Source: Mobula hypostoma
Taxonomy: Eukaryota
NCBI RefSeq assembly: GCF_963921235.1
Contig: NC_086101.1
Span: 31,620,001-31,684,000 of the forward strand
DNA length: 64,000 nucleotides
Direction: 5' to 3'
Position numbers and translations under genes: made by a program
Shown: piece after piece, positions 23,388 through 36,804 of the stretch
Numbering within the stretch: position 1 is the stretch's first letter
Layout: the number at the start of each line of letters is the position of its first letter
Notes under the pieces: generated by a model
The model's database searches: none
Seen by the model: the letters and a program-made list of their open reading frames with translations, nothing else
What the model was told of the DNA's origin: nothing

Positions 23388-26300
23388 TATCTATTGAGTT
23401 TGTACCATTTAGTGCATTGGGCCCCTATCTCCCTAAAACTTTTCCTTTCCACATACTTATTCAAATGTGTGTTTTCCCGCCTCTGCAGCAACTTCTGGCA
23501 ATGTGGAAAGGATGCCCCCAGATTCCTTTTCAATCTCTTCCCTCTCACTTTCACTCTAACCGACAGTTTTGGACTCTCCTACCATGGGAAACAGATTGTG
23601 TCCACTCACCTTATCTGTGCTCCTCAATGACTTCACTACTCAGCTTCCTGCGCTGCAGGAAAAACAGACCCTGCCTGTCCAGCATCTTCTCATAGCTCAA
23701 GCCCTGCAGTCCTGGCAATATCCTTGTGGATATTTTCTGCAGCCTTTCCAAGCTAATGACACTTTCCCTATAACTGTGCGAACAAAATTGCACACAATAC
23801 TTTCAGTGTGGGGTCACGAATGAGTTGTACAGTTGCAATGTGACATCCAAAATCTTGTAGTCAATGCCCGCTGTGATGAAGGTCAGTATGCCCAGTGTCT
23901 TCTTCACCATCCTATCTACCTGTGTTTCCACATTCAAGGAAATATTTATCTGCTCCTGTTGGTTTCTCAGTTATTCAACACTTTCCAAGGACCTACCTTC
24001 TACTGTGCCTGCCCTGTCCTGGTTTCACTTACTAAAATAAAATGCGTTATATTTGCCTAAGTTAAATTCCATCTGCCATTCCTTGGCCCACTTTCCCAGT
24101 TGATCCAGATCCTGTTGTAATCTTAGACACCATCCTCACTGTCTACCATACTACCAATTTTGGTATTGACTGCAAATTTACTAAATATGTTCAAACATTA
24201 TCATCCAAATTTTAATTTAAGTGACAAACAACAGAGGACCAGCACTTGTGGTCACAGAACTACAATCTGAATTACAACCATCCATTACTCCCCGCTCTGT
24301 CCTTCCACTGGCCTATTTTGCATCTAATTGGCTGGTGTATCATGGACCCCATGTGATTGAACACTCCAGACCACCTTACAATGGGACCTTGTAAAAGGAC
24401 TTGCTAAAGACCAAGTTGACAACATCTATCACCATTATTTTATCACTCTTCTTCAGTACCTCTTCAAAAGCTCGGTCAAATCTCAGCTTTGAACTGTTCC
24501 CACTGTTGTGAAGAATGAGCCTAGCCAAATTCCTATGCAATATCCCTCTCAACCAAACACTACCACCCTGTCATTCAGAGAACAGTCCTTTTAGAGAAAC
24601 ACCTCTGACCACAAGTCTATCAGTCAGTGCCCAGCATGGAATGTCCTGCAGGCACTGTGGAACAGGGACTCAAATGATCCTGTAGGGTAGTTCCCTGAGC
24701 AAATTGTCGAATCAAGTGGGAAGAATTACAGATTTCACAAATAAGCACAAACATCTCATTTGGCTGATGATGAGAGGGGCCTCCCCATCAGATCCTTCCT
24801 GTACAGTCAAAGCCTTACTCTCAACACTCTCAGGAGGGCTGTATTGAGAATGAGAGGATCACTCAATTTTCTGTAGATTGTGGGTTTGCCAAGCAGGACT
24901 GGAAAAGGATATAAGGGACCTTGTTGACTCTCATCCTGAGTAGCTGTGTAACAGAGTGCTCTCTGATGTATGGGCTGTTCCCGGGGACATGTACCAACAC
25001 AGACATCAAGTGCTGCTGGAAGGTCATCCAGCCAGTGATAGAGGTGAGTAAATATAGAAACAGGGTGGTAGAGCAGATGAATGTGTTACTAAAAGGATAC
25101 TACAGGAGGATGGTCTTTAGGTACTTGGATCATTGGGGCAACCTCTCAGTAGATGAGGCCTGCACAAAGTGGAGGGGTTACATCTGAACTGGAAGGTGAG
25201 ATTTCCTTGTTGTTGAGGAGGGCTTGAACTGGTTTGACACAGGCTGGGTCATGGACCAGTGACACAGGTTTGGGGAGATGGTTCAGTACAGCAGACAAAC
25301 CAAGTGAGTCCCGTCAGGAGAGCAAGCAGGTACATGCTGAGGAACATGGGAGGAGTGGTAAGCTAAATTATATCATTGCATGGAGCCTGATGGATGAGAC
25401 CAACTAACTGAGTGTGTCAATCAGCACGTGGGGCTACAACATTGCTGTAATCACAGAAACGTGGTTGGAAGGAGAGGACTGGTTGCCCAGTGTTCCAGAT
25501 TATGGAAGTTTCAGATGTGACAGTGGAGGTAAGGGAGAGGGAGGATTCACAACAATGATCAGGCAGAATATCATGCAGTGCCCAGGGAGGGTGTCCTGGA
25601 AGCTCTTCCAATGAGGTCATGTGGGTAAAACTACAAAATACGATACATTTATTCAATTCACCTGGAGTACACCGCAGGTCTCCCAACAGTCAACATGAGA
25701 CAGGAGCAGATATGCAGACAGAATGCCTGTAAGAAATTTGTATGTCCTCCCCATGACTGTGTGGATATTCCAAAGATGTTTGGTTAGGGTTAGTAAATTG
25801 TGACATGCTGTGTTAGCACTGGACACATGACAATCCTTGCAGGCTGCCCCAGCACTTCCTCACACTGTGTTGGTTTTTGACACAAACAACACATTTCAAT
25901 GTTTGTTTCGACATCTTGATGTACACATCATAAATAAAGCTAATTTAATCCTGACAACACACACAAGGTGCTGGAGGAACTCAGCAGGCCAGGCAGCATC
26001 TATGGAAAAGAATACAGTTGACGTTTCGGACCGAGACCTTTCATCAGGACTGGAGAAAAAATGATGAGGAGTCTGAGTTCGAGGGTGGAGTGAGGGGAGG
26101 GCGAAACACAAGGTGAAGGGTGAAACTGGGAGTGGGGAGGAGTGAAGTTAAGATCTGGGAAGTCAATTGGTGAAAGTGATACAGGACTGGAGAAGGGGGG
26201 ACCTAATAGGAGAGGACATGTTCCCAGGAAGGATACGTTACGTGGTTGTGGTAGTGGGCCTGGGTGAGCACGTGGTCGAAGAGTTGGAGAGCAGCAGGGA

Positions 26301-29300
26301 TCACAGAGGAGGATCAGTGAGAGAGGGTTTCACTGAACTCCCGTCGAAGGGAAGATTTAAACTTCTTTAGGGTAGGCATCGCTGAAGAGACTTTTCAGTG
26401 TGTATGTTGCTTGGATTTCCAGCACCTCTGGATTTTTTCTCTTGTTTGTAATTTAGTTCTGAAGTTGCTACATCTACCCCTACACCTCCTCTCTCACCAC
26501 CATCTAGGGCCCCAAACTATCCTTCCAGGCGGGACAGGGCTTCAACTGTGAATCTGTCAGGATCATGTATTGTATCCAGTACTCCTGAAGTGGCCTCCTC
26601 TGCCTCAGTGACACCTGATACAGATTGGGGGAACGGCTTCAACAAGTATCTTCTCTCTGTCTGCTGAAAAAGGCTGGATCTCCCTGTGTCTTCCTATTCC
26701 GATTCAACTTCCCATTCCCATTCCAAAATGTCGTTCCTGGGCTCCTCTACTGCATTTTCTGTCTGGGTGGCCAGCCTCCAATCTGATGGCCTGATGGCAT
26801 GAACACTGATTTCTAAATTCTGCTCCTCCCCCACTCCTTTTCCCACTGCCATTGCTGGTAACCCTTTCACCCCCTCTCTACCTTCTCACCTCCGCCCCCC
26901 CCCTTCTCCTCGTTGTCCATCACCTCCTTCTGGTTCCCCTCCTCCTTGCTTTTCTTCCATGGTCTGCTGTCCTCTCCTATTAGACTCCTTCTCAGCCCTT
27001 TACCACTTCTGCTTCGCACCTCCCGGCTTCTTACGTCACCCCTCCTTTCCCACCCATCTTAGCCCTCACCTGCCTTCACCAGACAGTTTGTACTCCTCCC
27101 CCTCCTCCCCACCCTCTGGTTTCTGCCCCTTCCTTTCCAGTCCTGATGAAGGGTGCCATCCCAAAACATCAACTGTTTGTTCCCCCTCCATAGATGCTGC
27201 CTGACTTGCTGAGTTCCTCCAGCATTTTGTGAGTGTTGCTCAACTTTTCCACCATCTGCTGTGTCTCTTGTGTTGACGGTGGAGGTGTCAGTGGGGGAGG
27301 ATTTTGGGGGATAGGGCTCATAATTCTCTAAATGTCAAGGCAGTGAAGGATAATCATGGTGCACAAGATAACGTCCAAGATTGGGAGAAGATCGATTTCA
27401 AAATTAACAAAAACATTGAAATAGGTTTTGGACAGTAGGTAGGAGCCTGTTAAACAGTGGCTCATGAGAGTTCAGAGTTACCCTGTGCCTGTGAGGGTGA
27501 AAGTTAAGGACGTCAAGATGGGGAGGGGGTTGCGGCGGTGCTGGGTAATGAGGGCTTGATGAAGACAGGAAAGATATGACGTGTAAAGGGAAAATGGGTG
27601 GTGACGTTTCTGGAAAAAAAAGAATGACAAATAGGGGCCAGGAAATATCACTGGATGACAAAAAAGTTAAAAGAGAGTCCCAAAGCATTTGATAAGTATC
27701 TTAGGAGCAAGAGGGCGAGCAAGCAAAGAAGATGTTCCCTTAGGTAGCAAAGGGTCATCTGTGTGTGGAGCCTGGGGATGTGGGTGTGAAGTGTGTTCAT
27801 CAGTGACAAGGGCATTGCAGATGAAGTGCTTGAGGTGAGGGAGTATGATACTCTCGGGCATGTTAGGATGAAGCAAGAGGAGGTGTTCATGGTCTTGGAG
27901 CACATACAGGTGGACAAATCGCCAGGGCCTGTTGAGATGTATTGCAGGCTGCTCTGTGCAGGGGAGAAGATTGCTGGCTCCCGACAGAGATGCATACATC
28001 TTCACTGGCCACAGCTGAAGTGTCTGTTAACAGGAGGACAACAAATATAGTCCCTTTAATCAAGAAGGGTAACACATGGTGAACATTTTGCAAACCATTT
28101 CTTTTAGTATGTGTGTCACAGACAGTATTGTCAATTTGTTAATTTCAATTTACTGTTGCAGTTTACAAGTTGCGTTAAGAACTTAAAAAAACTAGTTCTT
28201 GCTTGAATTAATATTCGCTACATTCATACAAACTCCAGAATACCCTCCTCTTGCCCCTTAGACAGAAATCTGTCTTGGGAAGGCCAAACTTCAAGGAGGA
28301 ACTAATTAAGGCAGCGAAGATGCCCTTCACTTTGGATCCCTTCCCAATTAATAACCCATATTGTCCTTGTCTATCTAAGTACATGTACAATATCTGCCAT
28401 CCCTAACTGGCCATCTACGTGACTAAGCAGAGTTGACAATAAAACATTCTGGAAATTAGATCACATTCTCCTCTTGCACATATTTGTCTTTTTGATTTAA
28501 ATTAGTCTTTAAAATGCAGATTTGTCATTTGTTTGCTTGTTGCCTCTTTCCCTGATGACCGATGGCATTTTAATCACATCCTTATCTTCACCTCTTCAAT
28601 CTCTGATCGGTGAAACTATCAAACATGCTGTCAGTGGTTACTGTGTGGGCAGCGGGCAGTGGGCACCAGCAAGGTACCTGTGTTTCAGCTTCATAGGCAA
28701 CAGTTCACATTCCATGCCATGACAGAAGATTATCAGAATAATCGGACAAGTCTCTCAATCCCTTTGATCGATCTACAGGAGGATTTGGGGTGGTCTCTAC
28801 TCAAATAGTTGCAAGGATCTCAGCCCGGTGGCACCCCTCCCAGATTATCCTGTTGATTGCTGGCCCAACAACAGAAAGAGGCCAGTTCATTTGTCTTCAC
28901 TCCCATTCAGGCTGGGAAAGCTCCCTTCCAACACTTTGTGCAATTTCTTCTCTTTTTCTCAATCTGCCTTGCCATTGAGATTAACGTCTGTCATAACTTG
29001 AATTCCTGCCCCTCTATTTCACAAATCTTTCCATTCTGATCTGTATAACTAATCATCTCCCTCCGAGGACCAGCCTTCATTACAAAGTACTGCTAACATT
29101 ATATGTTAACATTTTATTCACGGTTTGCTCTCAGACTCTCACTGTCCTCTGCATTCACGTCCCCGTTCCTTTTCACTCACAGGTCTGCTTCAATCAGCAG
29201 GGTGATGGGCATTATTTTAGTTTCCTGTAATGCGATTGTCAGTGGGCTGACTCACTTGTTCTGCCGTCTCCCGCATCAATGGTGAACTCTCACATACATT

Positions 29301-29398
29301 TTACCAGACACATGCAGGAAATCAAGCACTTTCCACACTTGCGTTCTAAGGGATAGGAATGATCTGGCTTCGGCCACTCATTTGTATTTTATAGATAC

Positions 29399-30245
29399 TG
29401 TTACGCAACCGGCAACAATGAATATCAATTGAGTCAGGTTATATAAAAACAACCAAACATTTATTAAACATGGATAAACAATAAAAAAAACAAACGACCA
29501 CCTTAACCGGCAGTTAACCGCTATGTGGCCATTCAACAAATCGCCACTCAGTACTGGTTCTTAAAGCGATAAATGCGAAAACAGTTCTTAAAGCAGTTGA
29601 ATCAAATACAGTTCTTAAAATGGTGAATTCAAAAGTCCAACAGATTTATACATTCAATTGGAAGAGAAGGATTTCTAGAGAAGGATTTCTTCATAGATGT
29701 GACTTTCCTGCTGGTTCTGTCCAAAGGATTCACGATGAAGGAAATAAACAGCTTAAAAACAACTAACCTGTCTTCTGACTAGCAAAACCTTGCATGAACT
29801 ACCTTTCCCTTTCAGCAGGAGCTATCTTTGATGCATGTCACTACTCCTTCAATGAAGACTCAATAAGGTCGATCCTTTATTAAACTGCTGAACATTCCCA
29901 ACTTCTCTTAAACCTTCATATCCTGTACTTTGATAAAGTCTTCACTCTCCAATACTACTGAAAAGGTACATCAACAAACCTGGCAGAAATTGCCAGTCCA
30001 GCACTATTGTACCTTACAATAGAACGTAGAACTCCGTTTTAAATCGAAACTGTGTCATAAAAAAAAACACGCAATGGAGCGGAGTCTCTGACTAACGTTT
30101 CAACTGGAAAACTAAACTGCGTCACTGGGGTCTCCTTTTTATATACCTGTTGAGAACAGGTCATCATGTGACCTCACATCGGCGGGAAAAGACCATTACA
30201 TCATTCTCACAAGAAAGTCACAAGATCTCCTTGAGGTATGTAACA
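29399..30245 (-). repeat. 3' LTR of Gmr1-like element
   Basis: tgttacg...tgtaaca, adjacent to the PPT (30246-30254). Confidence 0.93.
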
Positions 30246-33200
30246 CCTCCCTCCAAAAAAAATTTCGGTCTCTTAAGGAACAAAATTTTAACAATTAACA
30301 ATTTACACAAAAAAAATACAAAGGTATAAAATTTACAACATACACAATATACACAGTATTATCTTTCAGCACTTTACAAACTAATATACAGTAGGAGTGT
30401 TACAAGTGCTAAAATACCACTCCATAAAAAAATTTACATTGTACATTTAACATCTAGATAGAAAATCAGTGATCACATTATCTTTATCTTTAATATGAGT
30501 GATCAAAATATTATACTCCTGTAACATTAAACTCCAATTTAATAATCTTCTATTTTTGTTTTTCATCTTACTCAAAAACACTAACGGATTATGATCAGTC
30601 TAAACTGGGAGTGGTTTATGAGTAGTACTAACATACACTTCAAAATGTTGTGAAGCCAAAGCAAGAGATAATAATTCCTTTTCTATTGTTGAATAATTTC
30701 TTTGATGGGCATTAAATTTCTTTTAAAAAATAAGCTACCGGACAATCAACTTCATCACCATCATCTCTTTGAAGTAACACTGCTCCTGTAGCTTCATCAC
30801 TAGCATCTACAGCTAACGAAAATGGTTTTTCAAAGTCAGGAGATTTAAGTACAGGTTGACTACATATTATAGTTTTCAATTTATCAAATGCTTCCTGACA
30901 AGACTCTGTCCAAACAAACGTTTCACCTTTCTTCACGAGATTAGTTAATGGAAGAGCAATATTCGCAAAACTCTTACAAAATTTTCTGTAATATCCTACC
31001 ATACCCAAGAATCTTCTGAGAGTTTTCTTACCAGTTGGAGTGGGTACTTCTAAAATTGCCTGAAATTTTGCTTGAACAGGAGCTAATTTTCCTTGACCCA
31101 CAACATAACCAAGGTAAGTCACTGTGGCATGGCCAAATTCACTTTTCGCTAAGTTAATAGTTATCTTTTGAAAGTCTCTCAAGTAGTTTCTCCACCGCAG
31201 TAGTATGTGCTTTCCACATATTATTTCCTGTAACTATATCATCAATATAGGCATCTGTATCTTTTAATCCCTGAATCACACTATTAATCATCCTCTGAAA
31301 AGTACCTGGTGCATTCTTCATCCCAAATGGAAGAACATTATATACCTATAACCCAGATGGGGTTACAAATGCTGAAATCCCTCTACCTCTATCTGTCAAT
31401 GGAACACACCAATAACCTTTCAACAAATCAATCTTTGTAAGGAATTTGGCTTGTCCAACTTTATCCACATAATCATCTACCCTAGGGATTGGATATACAT
31501 CAGTTTTTGTCACAGCATTCACCTTCCTGTAATCTGTACAAAACCTAATACTATTGTCAGACTTAGGCACCATAACACACGGTGAACTCCAATTCGAATT
31601 AGAATGTCTAATAATATCATTCTCTAACATATACTTAATTTCTTGTTCAGCAAGTTCACATTTTTCCCTGTTCATTCGATACGGATGTTGTTTTATTGGT
31701 TTTGCATCTTCAACATCTACATCATGTGAAGCTACGGTGGTTCTTCTAGGAACGTCTGGAAATAAATCTATATTTAAAAATTAACTGTTTCATCTGCTCT
31801 CTCTGCTCTAGCTGTAAATGAGCTAATTTTTCATCCAATATTTTTTAGGATTTTTGAATTTGGTAATCTGGTTGAAATAATGTTGGGCTTAAAATGAGTT
31901 TCAGATGAATCATCCATTAAGTTTTTCTAAAGATCAGACTCATTATTTATCACAACAATCATAGTAGCAGTCTCTCTCTCATAATATGGTTTTATCATAT
32001 TTATATGACACAGTTGTGTTGGCTTTCTTCAATCTGGGCTTTTTAATCATGTAATCCACATCATTTCCCTTAGATTTAATCTCATAAAGACCATGAAATT
32101 TAGCTTGTAATGGGTTCATTTGCACCAGGAAAAGAACCAACACCTTATCTCCAGGCTGAAATAACCTCATTCTAGCTTCCTTATCATACCAAGTCTTCAT
32201 TTTCTCTTGAGCCAATTTTAAATTTTCCTTTGCCATGCTACAAGCTTTATATAATCTTTCTTTAAGTTTTAAAACATAATCCAGCAAATTAGTGTGTACT
32301 TCTTTATTAATCCACTGTTCCTTCAGCAAGGCCATAGGTCCTCGAACTCTATGCCCAAACACAAGTTCAAAAGGACTAAAACCTAATGATTCCTGCACTG
32401 CCTCTCATACTGCAAAATGTAGTAAATGTATGCCTTCATCCCAATTCTTCTCATTTTCCACACAATATGGCCTAATCATAGTTTCTAGGGTAGAATGGAA
32501 TCTCTCCAAGGCTCCTTGTGATTTTGGATGATAGGCTGATGAGATAATCTGTTTTGCTCCCTGTTTATAAACCATCTGCTGAAAGAACCCAGACATAAAA
32601 TTACTACCTTGATCTGATTGTTTTTCCTTAGACAACCCAAAATAAGTAAAGAATTTTATAAGAGCCTTTGTCACAGTTTTGGCTGTTATATTCCTAAGAG
32701 GTACTGCCTCTGGAAACCTAGACGCTGTGCACATAATAGTTAACAAATATTGATGTCCAGTTTTAGTTTTTGGCAAAGGACCTACACAGTCTACAATGAT
32801 TTTTGAGAACAGCTCACCAAATTCTGGAATTGGTTGCAGTGGGGCCCCTGGAGTAACTTGATTAGGTTTACCTACAATTTGACACATATGACACGTTCTG
32901 CAAAATTTTGCCACATCCTTTCTTAAACTAGGCCAATAAAAATGTTTAAAAACCTTGTTCATAGTTTTCTTTACCCCTAGATGGCCACCCAAAGGTATAC
33001 TATGAGCCATAGTTAAAATCTCATTTCGATAAACTTTAGGAACTACTACCTGGTGATTAACTTCCCATTCCTCACTAGCAAGAATTATAGGTGATCTCCA
33101 CTTTCTCATTAATACTCCCTTTTCAAAATTTTGGTACTTTTTCAATTTCACTATCTGGAAGAGCTTTCTCCTTTAATTTAACTATCTCAGAATCTCTACC

Positions 33201-35083
33201 CTGCTCTACTATCATCTCCTTCCAAGATAAAGACAAATCTTCATGGTCAGACTTACTACCAAAATCCTGATCAAATAATGTAGGTAAGAAAGTTTCTGAC
33301 ACATCCTCAGAATTCACATCCCGAGTTGAACAGTCATGGGTACCAACCTCATCCTGTACATCAGTCTTTTTAGCCATAGCTCTTGTTACAACACGGGAGA
33401 AATCTGCGTTAGAATCCCTCTGTGGTTCCTCAGAATTAGGATTTATTGTGAAATGCACTTCAGGAAAAACTTGTCCACCTGTTAAGTCATTCCCTAACAG
33501 AAGATCATTCACAGGTAAACTGGATGGTAGTCCTACTTTAACAACCCCTGTAACTAATACTGACCTTAAATTTACTCTATGTAAATGGGCTGGCATAAGG
33601 GCACTCCCAACTCCTCTTATATAATTTACCTCACCAATGTCAGACTCATCACTAAACTTTAGCACACTGTCTAATATTAGTGATTGAGAAGCTCCAGTAT
33701 CTCTAAGTATTCTTATTGGTACTGAATTGGATCCTTCTTTCAAGGATACAAATTCTTCTGTTATAAAAGATTCATATCCCCTCTTAACTTGGTCAGAATC
33801 TGACAAATCTTCATTAGTATTTATCAAACTCTGTGAATTTACAGGTTTTTCAATATGCTGCACACAAACATCTGGGACTGCTTCCTTCTCTTTCGTTTTC
33901 AATCGAAAACAGTTAGCTACTACATGTCCAGGTTTCTTACAATAATTACAAATAATACCAAAATGTCTTTCCTTCACATGTCTCCTTTCATCCTTACCTT
34001 TCTCACGAACTTCAGATTTAATTTCTGGTTTACCTTGACTCTTTGTGCTATTTTTCCTTTTAAAAGTTCTACCTGGAGAAAATTTATTCTTATGAATTAA
34101 AACTAATTTAGCAGTCTCCTGCAATGTAGCAGTGTCCCATTCATTTAAGTATGTTCTCACTTCAACAGGAATGCTTCTTTTAAATTCCTCCAGTAAAATC
34201 AACTCTTTTAATTTATTATACTCCCCATTCACATTTTTAGAGGAAACCCATCTCTCAAAACACAAGATTTCTCATAAGCAAATTCCACATGTTTTTTCCT
34301 TCGATTTCTTCAAATTTCTGAATCTTTCTCTATACGCTTCCAGAACCAACTCATATGCATTTAATATATGCTGTTTAACAATATCATAATCCAGTGCTTG
34401 CTCAGCATTTAAAGCTGTATAAACTTGTTGTGTCTTGCCATTAATTACACTTTGTAACATCACTGGCTATTGCTCTTTCAGCCACTTTAAACTCAGAGCA
34501 CAATTTCAAAATGCTGGAAATATTTGTCCACTTCAGCTTCATTAAATGGAGGAGCCAAAATAACCTCACGACTAGCAATAAACTGTTTCGTAGAACCAGA
34601 AGACTGATTTCCCATCCTTAATTTCTCCATCTCTGGCTCAAATTTCGTCTGGTATTCAGCTTTTCTTTCTTTAAATTCCCTTAATTTACTTTCCTCTCTT
34701 TCTTCAAATTCTCTTTTTTTATTTGCCTCTCTTACATCAAATTCCCTTTTTTTATTTGCCTCTCTTTCATCAAACTTTTCCAAACTTATATAACGCTCTG
34801 CGATTTTTCTTTGAATTAAGGCTTTTGTTGTACCTTTCATAATTCCTTTAATATCCAACCTCCTAGCAATCTCTGATACAACAGGTTTTCTCCTATTTGC
34901 TAAAAACTCCGGGTCAGGGGAGGTCATAAAGTCGTCAACATTCTTTGCAGCCGAATACCACTCACACACCAATCAAACTAAAAAAAGAAATCGGATATTT
35001 CCCTTTTCCAAAACAGAATGGAAATTAAACAAGCAGTTAAGCTCAAAAATTTGGAACAAGATCCCTCAAGCCCCCACAATTTC

Positions 35084-35939
35084 TGTTACGTAACCGGCAA
35101 CAATGAATATCAATTGAGTCAGGTTATATAAAAACAACCAAACATTTATTAAACATGGATAAACAATTAAAAAAAGACCACCTTAACCGGCAGTTAACCG
35201 CTGTGCGGACATTCAACAAATCGCCACTCGGTACTGGTTCTTAAAGCGATAAATGTGAAAACAGTTCTTAAAGCGGTAAAGTCAAATACAGTTCTTAAAA
35301 TGGTGAATTCGAAAGTCCAACAGATTTATACGTTCAATTGGGAGAGACTTCTCTGGAGAAGTATTTCTTCATAGACGCGACTTTCCTGCTGGTTCTGTCC
35401 AAAGGATTCACGATGAAGAAAATAAACGGCTTAAAAATAACTGACCTCTCTTCTGATGAGCAAAACCTTGCATGAACTTCCTTGTTTTTTTGGCAGGAGT
35501 TATCTTTGATGCAGGTTGCTACTTCTTCGACGAAGACTCAATAAATCGATCCTTTGTTAAACTGCTGAACATTCCCGACTTAATCCTTCATATCCTGTAC
35601 TTTGATAAAGTCTTCACTCTCCAATACTACTGAAAAGGTACATCAACAAACTTGGCAGAAATTGCCAGTTTAGCACTGTTGTACCTTACAATAGAATGTA
35701 GAACTCCGTTTTGAATCGAAACTGCGTCATTAAAAAAAACACACATTGGAGCGGAGTCTCTGACTAACGTTCTAACTGGAAAACTAAACTGCGTCACTGG
35801 GCTCTCCCTTTTACATACCTGTTGAGAACAGGTCATCATGTGACCTCATATTGGCGGGAAAATTACATCAGGTGACCTCCAAAAGACCATTACATCATTC
35901 TCACAAGAGAGTCACAAGATCTCCTTGAGGTATGTAACA
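35084..35939 (-). repeat. 5' LTR of Gmr1-like element
   Basis: tgttacg...tgtaaca, followed on the minus strand by a tRNA-Pro-like PBS (about 35061-35078). Confidence 0.93.
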
Positions 35940-36534
35940 CACACTGTGACTATGTCTCAATTTTACAAAGTTTACTTTTGCAAAAGAACTAAAACTCAGT
36001 CAGTGTGTTGACAATACTCCATTATGGAGTAGGTGGATCCCACAATTATCTCTAAGGATGAGATGGTGGTGAACGTAGACGCAGCAGCCTCTCCAGGGTC
36101 AACCAAAAGTGTTTTGTCCTGTTTAAACATCCTTTTCACAATTGCAAGACCCCGCTGGACATTGAGACTTAAAGCACTGCAGGTCTGCCCCACCAGCAAG
36201 TTGCTCATTGACAGGGGAGCTGGAGAAACTGGACTTGTTACTGCCCTGCTGAGGGGGGCATCGGAGTTGGTACGTGAAGGCTGTGTGCAGTCTAAGAGCA
36301 AGTGATTCTCTTGGCCCTTTTTCTTATGATTGCAGGACCCTGTTGGACATTGGTAATGTAAAATACTGCAAGTCTGGTTCACTGGTTTGTTACCGAGTCT
36401 GACAGTGACGAAGCTGTGTGGAATCAGTTGTAGCGAGAGCTGGGTCTCATTTCACGGGCTTGTCTGTTGCAGCTTTCCAGGAAGGGAGGTGCCAGAGGCA
36501 GCGTGATATGACATCCATGCTGCCCCTCCCATCG

Positions 36535-36550
36535 GTGCTGCCCTCTAGTG
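36535..36550 (-). promoter_or_regulatory. CTCF-like motif (paralog of 9751-9766)
   Basis: gtgctgccctctagtg on plus = CACTAGAGGGCAGCAC on minus. Confidence 0.45.
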
Positions 36551-36672
36551 TTCACTCAGTAAACTGGATCGCGTGAGTGTGTACGTACGTGCATTCACCT
36601 ACGGACCACTGAGAACTGCTTGTTCTAGTCAACAACACACACGCACCATCAATTTACAGGGCGTGTCACTCA

Positions 36673-36800
36673 NNNNNNNNNNNNNNNNNNNNNNNNNNNN
36701 NNNNNNNNNNNNNNNNNNNNNNNNNNNNNNNNNNNNNNNNNNNNNNNNNNNNNNNNNNNNNNNNNNNNNNNNNNNNNNNNNNNNNNNNNNNNNNNNNNNN
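36673..36800. other. Assembly gap (128 N)
   Basis: Run of N; its flanks match both sides of the microsatellite region 9889-9976 in copy A. Confidence 0.99.
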
Positions 36801-36804
36801 CCCC

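Larger units (their letters stand above)
29399..35939 (-). mobile_element. Gmr1-like Ty3/Gypsy LTR retrotransposon (gag-PR-INT-RT-RH order), defective
   Basis: Two about 850-bp TG..CA LTRs; gag with SCAN-like segment and CCHC knuckle CNYCKKPGHVVANC; protease ILRDTGAS; integrase 31979-33151; RT about 31200-31675 (KIDLLKGYW, AYIDD); RNase H 30712-31182; PBS tgggggcttgagggat; PPT ggagggagg. Confidence 0.93.

Noticed and set aside
28208-28390. KH-like GLLIGKGS motif, and G-patch-like DNMGY in another frame
   Set aside because: Short motifs without the surrounding domain pattern; different frames suggest different families, so this is noise-level evidence.
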